Assembly: GCF_902459465.1 (NCBI RefSeq)
Contig: NC_047082.1
Coordinates: 1,364,001-1,428,000, forward strand
Direction: 5' to 3'
Source: Asterias rubens
Lineage: Eukaryota
Length of the DNA stretch: 64,000 bases
Numbering within the stretch: the first letter of the stretch is position 1; each line of letters starts with the position of its first letter. Below are positions 63,379 through 64,000 of the stretch, piece after piece. Made by a program: the position numbers and the translations under genes. A model generated the notes under the pieces. The model saw only the letters and a list, made by a program, of their open reading frames with translations. It made no database searches and had not been told where the DNA came from.

Positions 63379-64000
63379 TTAAGACAAAAAGTCCTAAAAT
63401 TTCTTCCTTCACCATCAAAAGAAAATCTATAAAAACAGTAAGCACTGATAAATGTTAGATTATACCAGATTAAATACATCTCCAAAGAGAAGTAGGACAG
63501 GCAACTGCATTCCAGCTAGCATTTCTAAAGAGATTTTCATGCACACAAGATTTTCCTATTCTTAGCATGGAGTACAAGGCAGTCGTTTCAGAGCACATTC
63601 TGTCACAGCCAGAGCTTATTGTAAATAGCCATGCAAATAAAAGCAAAAAAGCCCTCAAGCTAGTGTTCTGTTTGTTACTGGTAAACAACTGCAAGCCCCC
63701 CCCACAAAAATATCAATTGATGAAAAAACTACACTATGGGTGAAGAAATGTGATTTATCATCAGTTTAATGTGCGATAATCACTTTATAGTCGGTGCTGC
63801 TTAAGACAACTGAGCTAAGATAATAGAAGTGGGGGGGGGGGGGACACGGACAAGTAGCTTGGAATTACTGAAGCTTCGTGCTTCATCTCTTCAGTGGATG
63901 ACATGGGGTTAAACTGTGTCTAAGCACAACATTTCAAGTTATTTTTTTTTCATAACAATAATCAGCAGCCGACATGATGCACAGGGTTGCTAATCGTTGA

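Noticed and set aside
63470-63694. Further upstream MYT1 exon
   Set aside because: No MYT1-like residues or convincing splice pair; upstream exons presumably lie outside the window.

Overview
AT-rich, intron-rich animal genomic DNA. It is probably an invertebrate deuterostome such as an echinoderm, which is inference from the gene set and repeats only. I rebuilt three protein-coding genes by hand from GT-AG exons with consistent phases. (1) An L3MBTL1/3/4-type Polycomb-group reader on the - strand (18 coding exons, 3360-19547, about 940 aa: FCS finger, 3 MBT repeats, 2 CCHHC fingers, SAM). (2) PCMTD1/2 on the + strand (6 coding exons, 42022-47655, about 656 aa) with a very long spacer inside its split SOCS box. 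(3) The 3' end of a MYT1/MYT1L/ST18-family gene on the - strand (4 exons, 58231-61830, three CCHHC fingers and the C-terminal coiled coil), which continues beyond the window. Introns and intergenic DNA are full of non-autonomous elements: TTAA-flanked Kolobok-type MITEs, Harbinger-type GGCCC MITEs, hAT-type CAGG MITEs, an AcademH/MULE-like foldback element, tRNA-derived SINE fragments and minisatellites. I saw no autonomous transposase or RT ORF, no CRISPR array and no intact tRNA or rRNA gene. I cannot claim a new biological system. The best leads are the L3MBTL-PCMTD-MYT1 cluster with shared CCHHC exon modules, the expanded PCMTD SOCS spacer, degenerate Penelope-type hammerhead ribozyme relics, a minisatellite built from a MITE terminus, and a candidate bidirectional promoter near 40.8-41.1 kb.
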